From an uncultured Gemmatimonadales bacterium (GTDB lineage: Bacteria > Gemmatimonadota > Gemmatimonadetes > Gemmatimonadales > Gemmatimonadaceae), in NCBI GenBank assembly GCA_963850905.1, contig CAWKMU010000003.1, forward strand, positions 3,104,001-3,168,000: DNA of 64,000 nt, given 5' to 3'. The notes beneath the pieces were generated by a model, which had not been told where the DNA came from, made no database searches, and saw only the letters and a program-made list of their open reading frames with translations. Both the position numbers and the translations under genes were made by a program. Positions 49,279 to 59,170 of the stretch are shown piece after piece (positions within the stretch are counted from its first letter, which is position 1; every line of letters begins with the position of its first letter).

Positions 49279-49293
49279 ATCCTGATAGTCACG

Positions 49294-49324
49294 TCTTGAC
49301 AGTCAAGAGGACGTGCCGTAACCT
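49294..49324 (+). promoter_or_regulatory. padR promoter with overlapping palindromic operator
   Basis: TTGACA-17 nt-TAACCT; the TCTTGAC-A-GTCAAGA palindrome covers the -35 box. Confidence 0.65.
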
Positions 49325-49353
49325 GCAAGGCACCGGCCGAATAGAGGGGACTC

Positions 49354-49689
49354 GTGGACCAGCCAACGACTGATGTCATCCAGGGCACGCTCGACATGCT
49401 GATCCTCAAGACGCTGAGCTTGGCGCCGCTGCACGGGTTCGGCATCGCGCGGCGCATCGAGCAGATCTCGCGCGGCGTGTTCAAGGTGAATCCGGGCTCG
49501 CTCCTCGTCGCCCTGCAGCGGCTGGAGCGCGCGGGCTGGCTGGAGGCTGAGTGGCGGGAGACGCCCAACTCCCGGCGGGCCAAGTTCTATAGCCTGACAC
49601 GGGCGGGCCGAAAGCAGCTGGACGTGGAAACAGAGGACTGGAGCCGCCGAGTCGGGGCAGTCGCGCGGTTACTCAAGGCGGAGGGTTGA
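49354..49689 (+). CDS. PadR family transcriptional regulator (acidobacterial type)
   Basis: QGTLDMLILKTL, HGFGIARRI, GSL..AL.RLE, AKFYSLT..GRKQL. Confidence 0.92.
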   Translation: MDQPTTDVIQGTLDMLILKTLSLAPLHGFGIARRIEQISRGVFKVNPGSLLVALQRLERAGWLEAEWRETPNSRRAKFYSLTRAGRKQLDVETEDWSRRVGAVARLLKAEG

Positions 49690-49692
49690 CGC

Positions 49693-52344
49693 GTGTCCAT
49701 CTGGAGCCAGATCTCGCACGGTCTCCACGTGCTCGTCCATCGACGCGATGCGGACCAGGACCTCTCAGACGAATTGCAACATTACTTCAACGAGGCTGTC
49801 GCTGAAGCGCTGGCCCGCGGGCTGTCACCGGAAGCCGCACGCCATGCCGCGCGCGCGGAATGCGGCAGTCTCGCAGGCCGGCGAGAGGAAGTCCGCGCCG
49901 CCGGTTGGGAACACGTCGTCGACACGACCCTCGCGGACATTCGTTACGCGGCACGGCGACTGCGCACCAGCCCTGGCTTCACGACCGTGAGCGTCATCAC
50001 ACTCGCGATCGGCATTGGCGCCACGACGGCCATCTTCAGCGCGGTCAACGCCATTCTATTCGAGCCGCTGCCATACCCCCATGCGGACCGCATCCTCATG
50101 ATTTCGGATGTAGGAGTGGGGAATGCGTTGAGCGAACCGACCTTCGGGACGTATGAAGAGCTGGCACAGCGTAGCCATGCCTTTGAGGCGCTGGCCGCGA
50201 CCAATGCGTGGACGCCGGCGCTGACCGGGACCGGCGCTCCGGACCGCGTCGCGGCGGAGCAGGTGAGTGCACCATTCTTCCGCGTGTGGGGGATCCCACC
50301 CACGAAGGGACGCGACTTCGTCAGCAGCGAGGATGTGCTCAACGGTCCCCACGTTGCCATCCTCAGCTCCCGGTTGGCGACACGCCGCTTCGGCACCGAG
50401 CAGGACGCCGTGGGCAAGCCGGTGACGTTGGATGGCGATCCCTACACCGTCGTAGGCGTCCTGCCGGCGGGCTTCCACAACGACCTGGCCCCGTCCGCTG
50501 ACATCTGGGTGCCGCTGCAGTACAGACCGCACGCTCCGCCACTCACCCGGGAGTGGGGCCACCACATCCACATCGTCGGCCGGCTGCGCGCCGGCGTGAC
50601 CGCCGACCAGGCCCGGAGGGGCCTCGAAGCGATCGCGCGGACGCCCGTTGCCGACTTTCCGAGGCCTACCTGGGCCGATCTCGCGGACGGCCTTATCGTG
50701 CACCCCCTCCAGCAAGACGTCACCAGCGACGCACGACCGGCACTGCTCGCCATCTTGGGCGCGGTATTTCTCGTCCTTGCGATCGCCGGGGTCAATGTCA
50801 CCAACCTGCTACTCGCTCGCGGCGTGCAACGCCGAGGCGAGTTCGCCATGCGCATCGCGCTCGGCGCCGGCCGGAGGCGACTCCTGCGACAACTACTGAC
50901 CGAGAGTGTCCTCCTGGCGTTGCTGGGTGGAGCGCTGGCGCTTGGCCTCGCGCTCGCCGGTGTGCGAGCGATTGTAGCGCTTAGTCCGCCCGGGCTCCCG
51001 CGCGTCGACGCGATCCGCCTCGATTCCGCTGCTTTCGTGTTCGCGCTCGCCATCACGAGCATGGTGGGGATCGTTGTGGGGCTCGCCCCAGCGCTCAGCG
51101 CCGCACGGGACGACCCGCTGGTCGCACTGCACGAGGGATCGCAGCGCACGGCTGGAAGTCACCACGCGACGCGGCGCAGCCTCGTCGTCGCCGAAGTCGG
51201 CCTGGCGCTCGTGCTGTTGGTGAGTGCGGGACTCCTCGTGCGGAGCCTCAAGCGCCTGGTGTCGGTCGCGACGGGGTTCGATGCGTCACACATGGTCACG
51301 ATGCAAGTATTGGCGGCCGGCCACCAGTATGACTCCGACGACGCGCGATCCCGCTTCTTCACCAACGCACTTGACGCCGTGCGAGCCGTGCCGGGGGTCG
51401 CAGCGGCCGCCTTCACGAGCCAGCTGCCGCTCAGTGGAGATCATGATGGCTATGGCGTGACCTTTCAGTCGCACCCGACCGACAGCGTCGCCGCGACCCG
51501 GTATGTCGTGACGCCCGGCTACCTCGAGGCGATGCGGACGCCACTGCTCCGGGGCCGATTGTTCGACAGACACGATGTCCACGGTTCGCCTGAGGTGCTC
51601 CTCATCAGCCAGTCGTTTGCCAATCGGGTATTTCCGGGCGAAGACCCGATCGGCCAGCATATGAAAGCGGGTCCGGATTTCGCCGATCCGACACGGCCAT
51701 GGGGGACCGTGGTCGGCGTGGTCGCGGACGTGAAGCAGGACTCGCTGGCGATTGGCAACGGGGACGCGTTTTACATGCCCATGGGCCAGTGGAATTGGGT
51801 CGACGCCACGCAGTCGTTGATCGTGCGCGCGTCCAGCGACCCGTCCACCCTCGTTCCAGCGCTCGAGCACGCCATCTGGTCCATCGACAAGGACCAGCCG
51901 ATCACACGCGTCGTGACAATGGACGCGTTGATTGCAGGGTCTGCCGCCAACCGGCGGTTTGCCCTCACGCTGTTCGAGGCATTCGGTGGTGTCGCGCTGC
52001 TGCTAGCCGCGGTGGGGATCTACGGCGTGTTGTCTGGTTCTGTCAGTGAGCGCACCCGAGAGATCGGCGTGCGTTCGGCGCTGGGCGCGTCTCAGGGTGC
52101 GATCCTGAGTCTGATCGGCCGAGACGGGATGCGGCTCACCGCGTTCGGCGTGGTCTTCGGACTCGCTGGAGCATTCGTCGCGAGTCGTGCCATCTCCACA
52201 CTCCTCTTCGGCATCACCCCTCTCGATCCGATCACCTACCTCGCAACGGCCGGATTGCTCGGCGCCGTGTCCGCCATCGCATGCTGGCTGCCCGCCTGGC
52301 GGGCGACGCGTGTAGACCCCGCCGACACGCTGCGATTGGAATAG
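49693..52344 (+). CDS. Duplicated MacB/FtsX-type ABC permease (ADOP family)
   Basis: DIRYAARRLRTSPGF, NVTNLLLARG..R..EFAMRIALGAG, RTREIGVRSALGA, PAWRATRVDP; no ATPase gene adjacent. Confidence 0.9.
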   Translation: MSIWSQISHGLHVLVHRRDADQDLSDELQHYFNEAVAEALARGLSPEAARHAARAECGSLAGRREEVRAAGWEHVVDTTLADIRYAARRLRTSPGFTTVSVITLAIGIGATTAIFSAVNAILFEPLPYPHADRILMISDVGVGNALSEPTFGTYEELAQRSHAFEALAATNAWTPALTGTGAPDRVAAEQVSAPFFRVWGIPPTKGRDFVSSEDVLNGPHVAILSSRLATRRFGTEQDAVGKPVTLDGDPYTVVGVLPAGFHNDLAPSADIWVPLQYRPHAPPLTREWGHHIHIVGRLRAGVTADQARRGLEAIARTPVADFPRPTWADLADGLIVHPLQQDVTSDARPALLAILGAVFLVLAIAGVNVTNLLLARGVQRRGEFAMRIALGAGRRRLLRQLLTESVLLALLGGALALGLALAGVRAIVALSPPGLPRVDAIRLDSAAFVFALAITSMVGIVVGLAPALSAARDDPLVALHEGSQRTAGSHHATRRSLVVAEVGLALVLLVSAGLLVRSLKRLVSVATGFDASHMVTMQVLAAGHQYDSDDARSRFFTNALDAVRAVPGVAAAAFTSQLPLSGDHDGYGVTFQSHPTDSVAATRYVVTPGYLEAMRTPLLRGRLFDRHDVHGSPEVLLISQSFANRVFPGEDPIGQHMKAGPDFADPTRPWGTVVGVVADVKQDSLAIGNGDAFYMPMGQWNWVDATQSLIVRASSDPSTLVPALEHAIWSIDKDQPITRVVTMDALIAGSAANRRFALTLFEAFGGVALLLAAVGIYGVLSGSVSERTREIGVRSALGASQGAILSLIGRDGMRLTAFGVVFGLAGAFVASRAISTLLFGITPLDPITYLATAGLLGAVSAIACWLPAWRATRVDPADTLRLE

Positions 52345-52346
52345 GC

Positions 52347-53213
52347 TTAAGCCCTCGCGTCCGGAGTAACTCGTTCAGGGTGTGTGTAGACATTCGCGGT
52401 CGTCCCACGCAGGAGCGCCACCAAAGTGAGGCTCGCAGCTTCCGCCATGCGAATGGCGAGTCCGGTCGGCCGCGACACCGCGGCGAGGAGAGGGATGCCC
52501 GCAGTCGCGGCCCGCTGTACGAGCTCGTAGCTGGCGCGGCTCGTCATGAGCACGAATCCGCCCGACGGGTCGCGGCCGACGCGAGCGAGCGCGCCAATCA
52601 CCTTGTCCAACGCGTTATGCCGACCCACGTCCTCGCGCACGACCTGCAGGGCTCCGTCGGCCCTCGCCCACGCCGCTGCGTGTACGGCGCCCGTCGCTCG
52701 ATTGAGCGGTTGGCAGCCGACGAGCGACGCCTCAGCCCTCCATAGGGCGGCCGGCTCGACCGACCACCCGGCCGCGACCGGCGGCGTCGGACGCAGCACC
52801 TCGGCAATGGTCTCGACCCCGCACAACCCGCACCCAGTCCGACCAACCAATTGCCGGCCGCGCACGGCGAGCGCATCGGCTGCCGGCTCAGGGAGGGTGA
52901 TGCGTATCTCGATCCCCTGGCTGTACCGCTCCACGCGCACGTCGGTCATCTCGCCCACCAATGACACGATCGCCTCCGACAGCGTGAACCCGACGGCGAA
53001 GTCTTCCAGGTCGGCGGGCGTCGCCATCATCACGACATGGGGCCGTCCGTTGTAGACGAATGCGACTGGTACTTCCTCCGCTACGGCGGCGGCGCCGGTG
53101 GACCGCGTATCGCCATCGAGGCGAACGTACGAACGCTCCTTCTGTACCTCCGCGTACCCCAAGCCGAGCAGCGGATGCCCCGGGGTCAGCGTGTCAGGGA
53201 CTGGACGAGTCAC
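52347..53213 (-). CDS. fdhD: Formate dehydrogenase accessory sulfurtransferase
   Basis: MMATPADLEDFAVGF, GCGLCG, TGAVHAAA, EDVGRHNALDK, TSRASYE. Confidence 0.95.
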   Translation of the reverse strand: MTRPVPDTLTPGHPLLGLGYAEVQKERSYVRLDGDTRSTGAAAVAEEVPVAFVYNGRPHVVMMATPADLEDFAVGFTLSEAIVSLVGEMTDVRVERYSQGIEIRITLPEPAADALAVRGRQLVGRTGCGLCGVETIAEVLRPTPPVAAGWSVEPAALWRAEASLVGCQPLNRATGAVHAAAWARADGALQVVREDVGRHNALDKVIGALARVGRDPSGGFVLMTSRASYELVQRAATAGIPLLAAVSRPTGLAIRMAEAASLTLVALLRGTTANVYTHPERVTPDARA

Positions 53214-54250
53214 GGAGACCGAGAATCGCGACCCGATCCGTTGGGGCCGCCATCGCCCCCCCCACCGGGCGACCCAGCGCCGTCGCCGCTGGCCCCGTTG
53301 CCGAGCGCGGTCGACGTCGAACCGTTGGGGCGTTCCTGCACGTACCGCCAGCCGAATCGGCCCTTCACACAGAGGTTCCCCCGCGTGATCGAGGCATCAT
53401 ACGGCGACGTCACCTTCACGATCTCGTTGTCCTGAACGTGGAGCGTCAACGTGCAGCCCACCCCGCAATACGGACAGATCGTGTCGACCGCTTGTTGCCG
53501 CGCTTCATCCCATGTCCCAGCTTCGCGACGCGCATGCTCCGAGCTGAACATCAGGGCGCCCGTCGGACACACGGCGATGCAGTTGCCGCAGTAGACACAC
53601 GCCGACTTCGGCAATGACACGGCGAACTCGGTCGAGATGCGCGCTTCGAATCCCCGGCCGGCGACCGTGATCGCGAACGTGTTCTGATAGTCCACGCCGC
53701 ATGCCTCGACGCACTTGTAGCACAGGATGCACTTGCTGTAGTCCCGCACGTATAGCTCATTGTCGACCTTGATCGGCTGCGCCACCGTCGCCGCGTAGGC
53801 GGGGTCCGGCGGCTCATGGTGGCCCGGCGGTGCCATGTCGCGAACGCCCGCCGCCGTCTGCGGCGCGGGTGGTCCGTACCGCGCCGGACGACAGCCGTAC
53901 TCATCGAGCCACGCCCCGACTTCCGGCGTCGTCGACAGGTCGACCGAAGACGCCAGAAACTCCAGCACCATCTTGCGGCTGTGGCGCACACGCTCGCTAT
54001 CCGTGCGAACGACCATCCCGCGCTCCACCGCGCGCGCGCACGAGGGGACCAGGACCCGCGACCCTTCGACCTCCACGACACACACTCGGCAGACGTTCAC
54101 AGGATGGAGCGTCTCGAGGTAGCACAGCGTCGGGATCTCGACGCCGACCCGCTTGCACGCATCGAGAATCGTCGTCCCTTCTGGAACCCCGACGGTCTGC
54201 CCGTCGATGGTGAGCTCGACTTTTCGTTTCGGCGTCACCAGGGTCGTCAT
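53210..54250 (-). CDS. FDH iron-sulfur subunit (2Fe-2S and 4Fe-4S; the detached N-terminal part of FDH alpha)
   Basis: IPTLC..CRVCVV..SC; CILCYKCVEAC; CVYCGNCIAVCP; C-terminal CPYCGVGC...LCVKG. Confidence 0.88.
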   Translation of the reverse strand: MTTLVTPKRKVELTIDGQTVGVPEGTTILDACKRVGVEIPTLCYLETLHPVNVCRVCVVEVEGSRVLVPSCARAVERGMVVRTDSERVRHSRKMVLEFLASSVDLSTTPEVGAWLDEYGCRPARYGPPAPQTAAGVRDMAPPGHHEPPDPAYAATVAQPIKVDNELYVRDYSKCILCYKCVEACGVDYQNTFAITVAGRGFEARISTEFAVSLPKSACVYCGNCIAVCPTGALMFSSEHARREAGTWDEARQQAVDTICPYCGVGCTLTLHVQDNEIVKVTSPYDASITRGNLCVKGRFGWRYVQERPNGSTSTALGNGASGDGAGSPGGGGDGGPNGSGRDSRSP

Positions 54251-56133
54251 CGAGCCCCGCCATCGAAGAGGTGTAATCGCTCGACGGCCGATTCGACCGC
54301 GCTGTACGCCGTCTGCCCGAGGCCGCAAATCGACGCGTCCTTCATCGCCAGGCCGATCTCCGCCAGCAGGGCGACTTCGTCGGCGACGTTGCCGCGAGGC
54401 CGCCGAGCCGCCAGTCGGCACAGCGCTTCCTCCTGCCGCACGGTGCCGACCCGACACGGCACGCATTGCCCGCACGACTCGTCACGGAAGAACGCGGCGA
54501 TGCGACGCAACGCATCCGGAAGATCCGCCGCGTCGTCGAAAACCATGATGACCCCGGAACCAAGCGTGGCACGCGCCTCGCGCACCCCCTCGAAGGTGAG
54601 CCGGATGTCCAGCTCGTCGGGTCGAACGAACACGCCCGCCGCGCCGCCCACCAGAATGGCCTGGATCGACCGTGCGCTGGGGGTGCCGCCCGCGAGCGCG
54701 AGCAGATCTCCGAGCGTCGCGCCAAACGTCACTTCGTACACCCCGGGTCGCTGAACCGCACCGGAAAGGCAGAACAGCTTCGTCCCCGTCGATTGCGCCG
54801 TGCCGACCGCCGCGAACGCCGGCCCCCCACCAAGCACGATGTCGGGGACGTTCGCCAGGGTCTCGACGTTGTTGACGACCGTTGGGCGACGGAACAGACC
54901 GGACTGCGTGGGGAAGGGCGGCTTGTTTCTGGGCTCTCCGCGGTACCCCTCGATCGAGTTGAAGATCGCGGTCTCTTCACCGCAGATGTACGCGCCAGCT
55001 CCTTTGCGAATCTCGAGATCGAAGCGGACGCCCTGTCCCATGATATCGGCACCCAACAGTCCGCGACCTCTCGCCTGATCGATAGCGTGTTGCATGCGCT
55101 CGATGGCAAGCGGATACTCGCCACGCAGGTACACATATCCCTGTTCGGCGCCAACGGTGAAGCCCGCGATGGTCATCGCCTCGACAATGGCGAACGGATC
55201 TTCCTCGAGCAGCACGCGATCCTTGAAGGTGCCGGGCTCGGATTCGTCCGCATTGCAAATCACGTATCGGGGTCGGGCTGGCTGGCGGGCGACCGCGTCC
55301 CACTTCCGGCCCATCGGGAACGCCGCGCCCCCGCGACCCAGCAGCTTGGAGTCGATCACCTCTCGTAAGACCGCGTCCGCCCCCATGGCGAACGCGCGCC
55401 GCAGCGCATCGTACCCTCCCGAGGCACGATACTCGTCGAGGCTGGTCGGGTCCACCACGCCCACCCGTTTCAATAGTCGCAGCGACGGGTCGCCCTGCTG
55501 CGGCAGCGGGAGCCGCTTGACCACGGCGGCCGAGAGGTCACCCCGCAAGACACGGCGCGCACGGTCGGCCGTCAGCTCGCCGAAGGAGCGTTCGATGGGA
55601 TCGGTGCCGGCCGCCGTCACCATCGCCGCCGGGGCCTGATCGCAGAGGCCGAGACAGGGGCTCCGCAGCCAGGTCGACGCATCGGCGCCCACGTGCACAT
55701 GCCCGTTGCCGGCCGGCGCGTGGTATGCCGAGCCGACGGTGCGCTCGAGCTCCGCGATGATCGGCTCGGCTCCTCGCATGCGACAGGCGATATCATCGCA
55801 GACGTGCAGCACGCGACGAGGCCGCGGCGTCGTGGAGAGCAACGCGTAGAACGTCGCAACGCCCCACGCGTCGGCCGGCGGGACGGTCAACCGCTCACAG
55901 ATGTAGTTGAGCGCACCCTCGCTGATCCAGCCAATGCCCGACTGCACCGCGTGCAGTGTCGGGAGGAGGAGGTGTCGTCGCTCGCGGGCCACGTGACCGC
56001 CGTGCGCCACATGCGCGTCCCGTGCCGGATTCCGCTCACCTCCCTCCCATTGCGAGGCCGGAGGGCCAAGCAGGGTGTCGACTGCGTGACGCTCGGCGTC
56101 AGTCGGCTCCGCGTCGAGGAGGTGCAGATCCAT
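54247..56133 (-). CDS. NuoE-NuoF fusion (FMN/NAD-binding diaphorase subunit of FDH)
   Basis: VCDDIAC and CLGLC (2Fe-2S); GRGGAAFP, NADESEPGTFKDR, GAYICGEETA, ESCGQCVPCR, SICGLG. Confidence 0.9.
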   Translation of the reverse strand: MDLHLLDAEPTDAERHAVDTLLGPPASQWEGGERNPARDAHVAHGGHVARERRHLLLPTLHAVQSGIGWISEGALNYICERLTVPPADAWGVATFYALLSTTPRPRRVLHVCDDIACRMRGAEPIIAELERTVGSAYHAPAGNGHVHVGADASTWLRSPCLGLCDQAPAAMVTAAGTDPIERSFGELTADRARRVLRGDLSAAVVKRLPLPQQGDPSLRLLKRVGVVDPTSLDEYRASGGYDALRRAFAMGADAVLREVIDSKLLGRGGAAFPMGRKWDAVARQPARPRYVICNADESEPGTFKDRVLLEEDPFAIVEAMTIAGFTVGAEQGYVYLRGEYPLAIERMQHAIDQARGRGLLGADIMGQGVRFDLEIRKGAGAYICGEETAIFNSIEGYRGEPRNKPPFPTQSGLFRRPTVVNNVETLANVPDIVLGGGPAFAAVGTAQSTGTKLFCLSGAVQRPGVYEVTFGATLGDLLALAGGTPSARSIQAILVGGAAGVFVRPDELDIRLTFEGVREARATLGSGVIMVFDDAADLPDALRRIAAFFRDESCGQCVPCRVGTVRQEEALCRLAARRPRGNVADEVALLAEIGLAMKDASICGLGQTAYSAVESAVERLHLFDGGAR

Positions 56134-56178
56134 CGCTCAGACTCCCATCAGCAGGCGCAACACGCGCCGGCTCGTCGC

Positions 56179-58146
56179 TCAATCATCGGCCGCCACAGCC
56201 GAACTGGTGTGAGCCCCGCGCGCATGAGACTTGGCCTGCGCCACCGGTTCCACACTCACCGCGCACGCCTTGAACTCGGCGGTACCCGACTTGGGGTCGA
56301 ACTCATCGATCGTCAGCACGTTCACCGCGACGCCGTCCCGGTTGTGCGGCGTCATGAAAACAAGACCCGCGCGAAGCGATTCATCGATGTGTGCCGGCGC
56401 AACCAAGCTCCCGCGCCGCGAGGCGACGCGGACCGGTGTCCCCTCGACAATCCCCAGCGACCGCGCATCCTCCGGACTCAGATCCAGACTTTCCGCACGC
56501 CGCAGCGGAGACACGTACCCGGCGGTCTGCACCCCGGTGTTGAACGCATCGAGCCGACGCCCGGTGGTGAGGACGAACGGATACTCCGCGTCGGGCTGCT
56601 CGACGGGAAGCTCGTGCTCCACGACGGAAAATGGGGCGGTCTCGCCAATGCCGGGCGAGCCTGCGGGGTCGTTCCACAGTCGGCCGTGCAGGAACTGCGA
56701 GCCCGGATGTGATTCGTCGGGGCAGGGCCACTGAATGCCGCCCAACGCCTCGAGACGCGCGTAGGTCATCCCGCCAAACATGGCCGGCGCCACGGCCCGA
56801 CACTCGTCCCACGTTTCTTCCGCGGTCGGCGTCCCCCAATCGTGTCCAAGCCGCTTGGCGATCTGCGCGATGATCCACAGCTCATCCCGCGCGTCACCGG
56901 GCGGCGTCAACGCCTTGCGCACGCGCTGAATGCGGCGTTCGCTGTTCGTCACGGTGCCTTCGCCCTCACACCAGCTCGACGCGGCCGGCAGCACGACATC
57001 AGCCAGCTGCGCCGTTGCCGTCAGGAAGATCTCCTGCACGACGAGGTGTTCGAGCCCCTCCATGAGCTCGACCGCGTGATGCTGGTCCGCCTCCGATTGC
57101 GCCGGATTCTCGCCGATCACAAAGAGCCCACGGAGCGTCCCATGCTCCATCGCGCGAAACATCTGCGAGAGGTTGAGCCCGTGCTCGGGCCGCAACGTCA
57201 CACCCCACGCCAGCTCGAAGCGTGCGCGTACCTCGGGAACCAGGACGTCCTGGAAACCCGGCAGCTTGTTGGGGATAGCCCCCATGTCGCCGCCGCCCTG
57301 CACGTTGTTCTGGCCGCGCAGCGGATTGAGCCCGCTGCCGAAGCGCCCCACGTGCCCGGTCAGCAGGGCAAGATTGATGAGCGCCAGGACGTTATCGACC
57401 GCGTTGTGATGCTCCGTAATCCCCAGTGTCCAGCAAATGATCGCCCGGTCCGCTCGCGCATAGCTGTGCGCCGCCTCGCGAATGACGTCGGCAGGTATCC
57501 CCGTCTCGCGTGAGGCATACTCGAGGGTGTACGGCTCGACGCAGGCGCGATACGCGTCGAAGCCGGTCGTCGCCCGGCGAATGAACGACTCGTTGGCCAG
57601 CCCGGCATGCAGGATCTCGCGGGCCATGGCATTGGCCAGCGCGATGTCGGTACCGACGTGCAGCCCAAGCCACACGTCGGCCCACTGGGCCGACGACGTA
57701 CGCCGCGGATCGACCGCATACATCCGGGCGCCGTTGTGGATGCCCTTCAGCACGTGGTGGAAGAAGATCGGGTGATTCTCGCGGGCGTTGGCACCCCACA
57801 GGAAAATCACGTCCGTCTCCTCCGCTTCCGCATAGGAGCTCGTCCCGCCACCTGCTCCAAAGACTGTCGCCAGACCGACGACGCTAGGAGCGTGTCACGT
57901 CCGATTGCAGCTATCGATGTTGTGCGTGCCGAATGCCACACGGGCAAGCTTTTGCGCCAGGTAGTTCATCTCGTTGGTCGATTTCGAGCACGAGAAGATC
58001 CCCAGTGCGTCACCGCCATGCCGCGTGATGATATCGTGGAATCCCAATGCGGCCCGATCCAGGGCCTCATCCCACGACGCCGGCCGCAACACACCGCCCT
58101 CACGGACGAGTGGCTCAGTCAGACGAACAAACGATCCCTTAGGCAT
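56179..58146 (-). CDS. fdhF: Formate dehydrogenase catalytic (Mo/W-bisPGD) subunit; selenoprotein with UGA at 57895-57897
   Basis: ORFs 57895..58146 and 56179..57810 share a frame across one UGA: HNIDSCNRT-U-HAPSV (compare FdhF CARVUHGPS). Also TNEMNY, LRGQNNVQG, TAEFKACAV. Confidence 0.92.
57854..57891 (-). promoter_or_regulatory. SECIS element of the FDH gene
   Basis: mRNA GCUCC...GUCGUC-GGUCU-GGCGAC...GGAGC just 3' of the UGA, resembling the E. coli fdhF SECIS loop. Confidence 0.75.
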
Positions 58147-58278
58147 AAGATGCTGACCTCATTGAACTTCCGTTCGCGGGCCCCCACCTCACGTCCCCCT
58201 GTTTTGGGGCTCCATGCCCCTCAACCATAAATCAACGCGCGGGGACCAGCATCCGTCAAATTGCTGGCGGCGAATCTA

Positions 58279-58288
58279 TGGTATACCA
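58279..58288. promoter_or_regulatory. TGGTATACCA palindrome upstream of the FDH operon
   Basis: Perfect 10-bp palindrome in an AT-richer intergenic stretch; resembles GntR/FadR-type operators. Confidence 0.4.
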
Positions 58289-58399
58289 AACAATGGTCGA
58301 ATCGGCCGAGCGGATCAACCGATACGGTCGGGCTTGATCCTGTTACATCGACCCCCGCGATTCTGCCGCGCCTTAATCCGGGCGCGGGCGACAGGCCGG

Positions 58400-59164
58400 C
58401 TACTGCAAGAGAGCCTGCAGTCGCTCGCTGTGGCTGCGGCTCAATGTCACGCGGGCTCCGTCGCGAAGCGTGATCACGTACTCACCGTGCCCGTGGGGCT
58501 CGAGCCGCTGGATGTGGTCGATATTCACGATGATCGAGCGGTGGACGCGGATGAATCGATCCGGCGGCAGCTTACACTCGAACGTCTTCATCGTGTCACG
58601 CACGAAGTGCGCACGACCACCAACGTGCAGACGAACGTAGTTGCCCTGCGCGTCCACCCACTCGACGTCCTGCGCCCGGACGAAGTAGAGATGCGTCGGC
58701 CCACGTACCAGGAACCGTTCAGGATAGGCACGGTCGACGCGTAGGCCATCGAGGATCGCCCGAATCGCCGGATCGAGCACCGGCGCTTGTGACTGCCCCA
58801 GGCGCGCGTCGACCCGCTCCATCGCGCGGCTGAAGCGCTCCGCGTTGAACGGCTTGAGGAGGTAATCGGCCGCGTTCAAGTCGAAGGCCTGGAGGGCATG
58901 TCCCTCGAACGCCGTCACGAACACGACCGCGGGTGGGCTCTTCATCTCGTCCAATGCCGTCACGACCTCGAGCCCATCGAGTCCTGGCATCTTGATGTCG
59001 AGAAACACGAGCTGTGGCTCGTGTTTGAGTATTGCATCCACCGTCGCCGGCCCGTCGCCGCACTCGGCGACCACCTCGTACGCCCCATAGGGCAAGAGCA
59101 TCATCCGCACACGCTCTCGCGCCAGCATTTCGTCGTCGGCAATGACGACACGGCGCTCAGGCAT
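58400..59164 (-). CDS. LytTR family response regulator
   Basis: IADDE, FLDIKMP, VFVTAF, DYLLKP; AQGNYV, FIRVHRSIIVN. Confidence 0.93.
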   Translation of the reverse strand: MPERRVVIADDEMLARERVRMMLLPYGAYEVVAECGDGPATVDAILKHEPQLVFLDIKMPGLDGLEVVTALDEMKSPPAVVFVTAFEGHALQAFDLNAADYLLKPFNAERFSRAMERVDARLGQSQAPVLDPAIRAILDGLRVDRAYPERFLVRGPTHLYFVRAQDVEWVDAQGNYVRLHVGGRAHFVRDTMKTFECKLPPDRFIRVHRSIIVNIDHIQRLEPHGHGEYVITLRDGARVTLSRSHSERLQALLQ

Positions 59165-59170
59165 GGGCCC

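Noticed and set aside
58147..58399. Moco/Wco riboswitch upstream of the FDH operon
   Set aside because: I could not find the characteristic conserved segments by eye.
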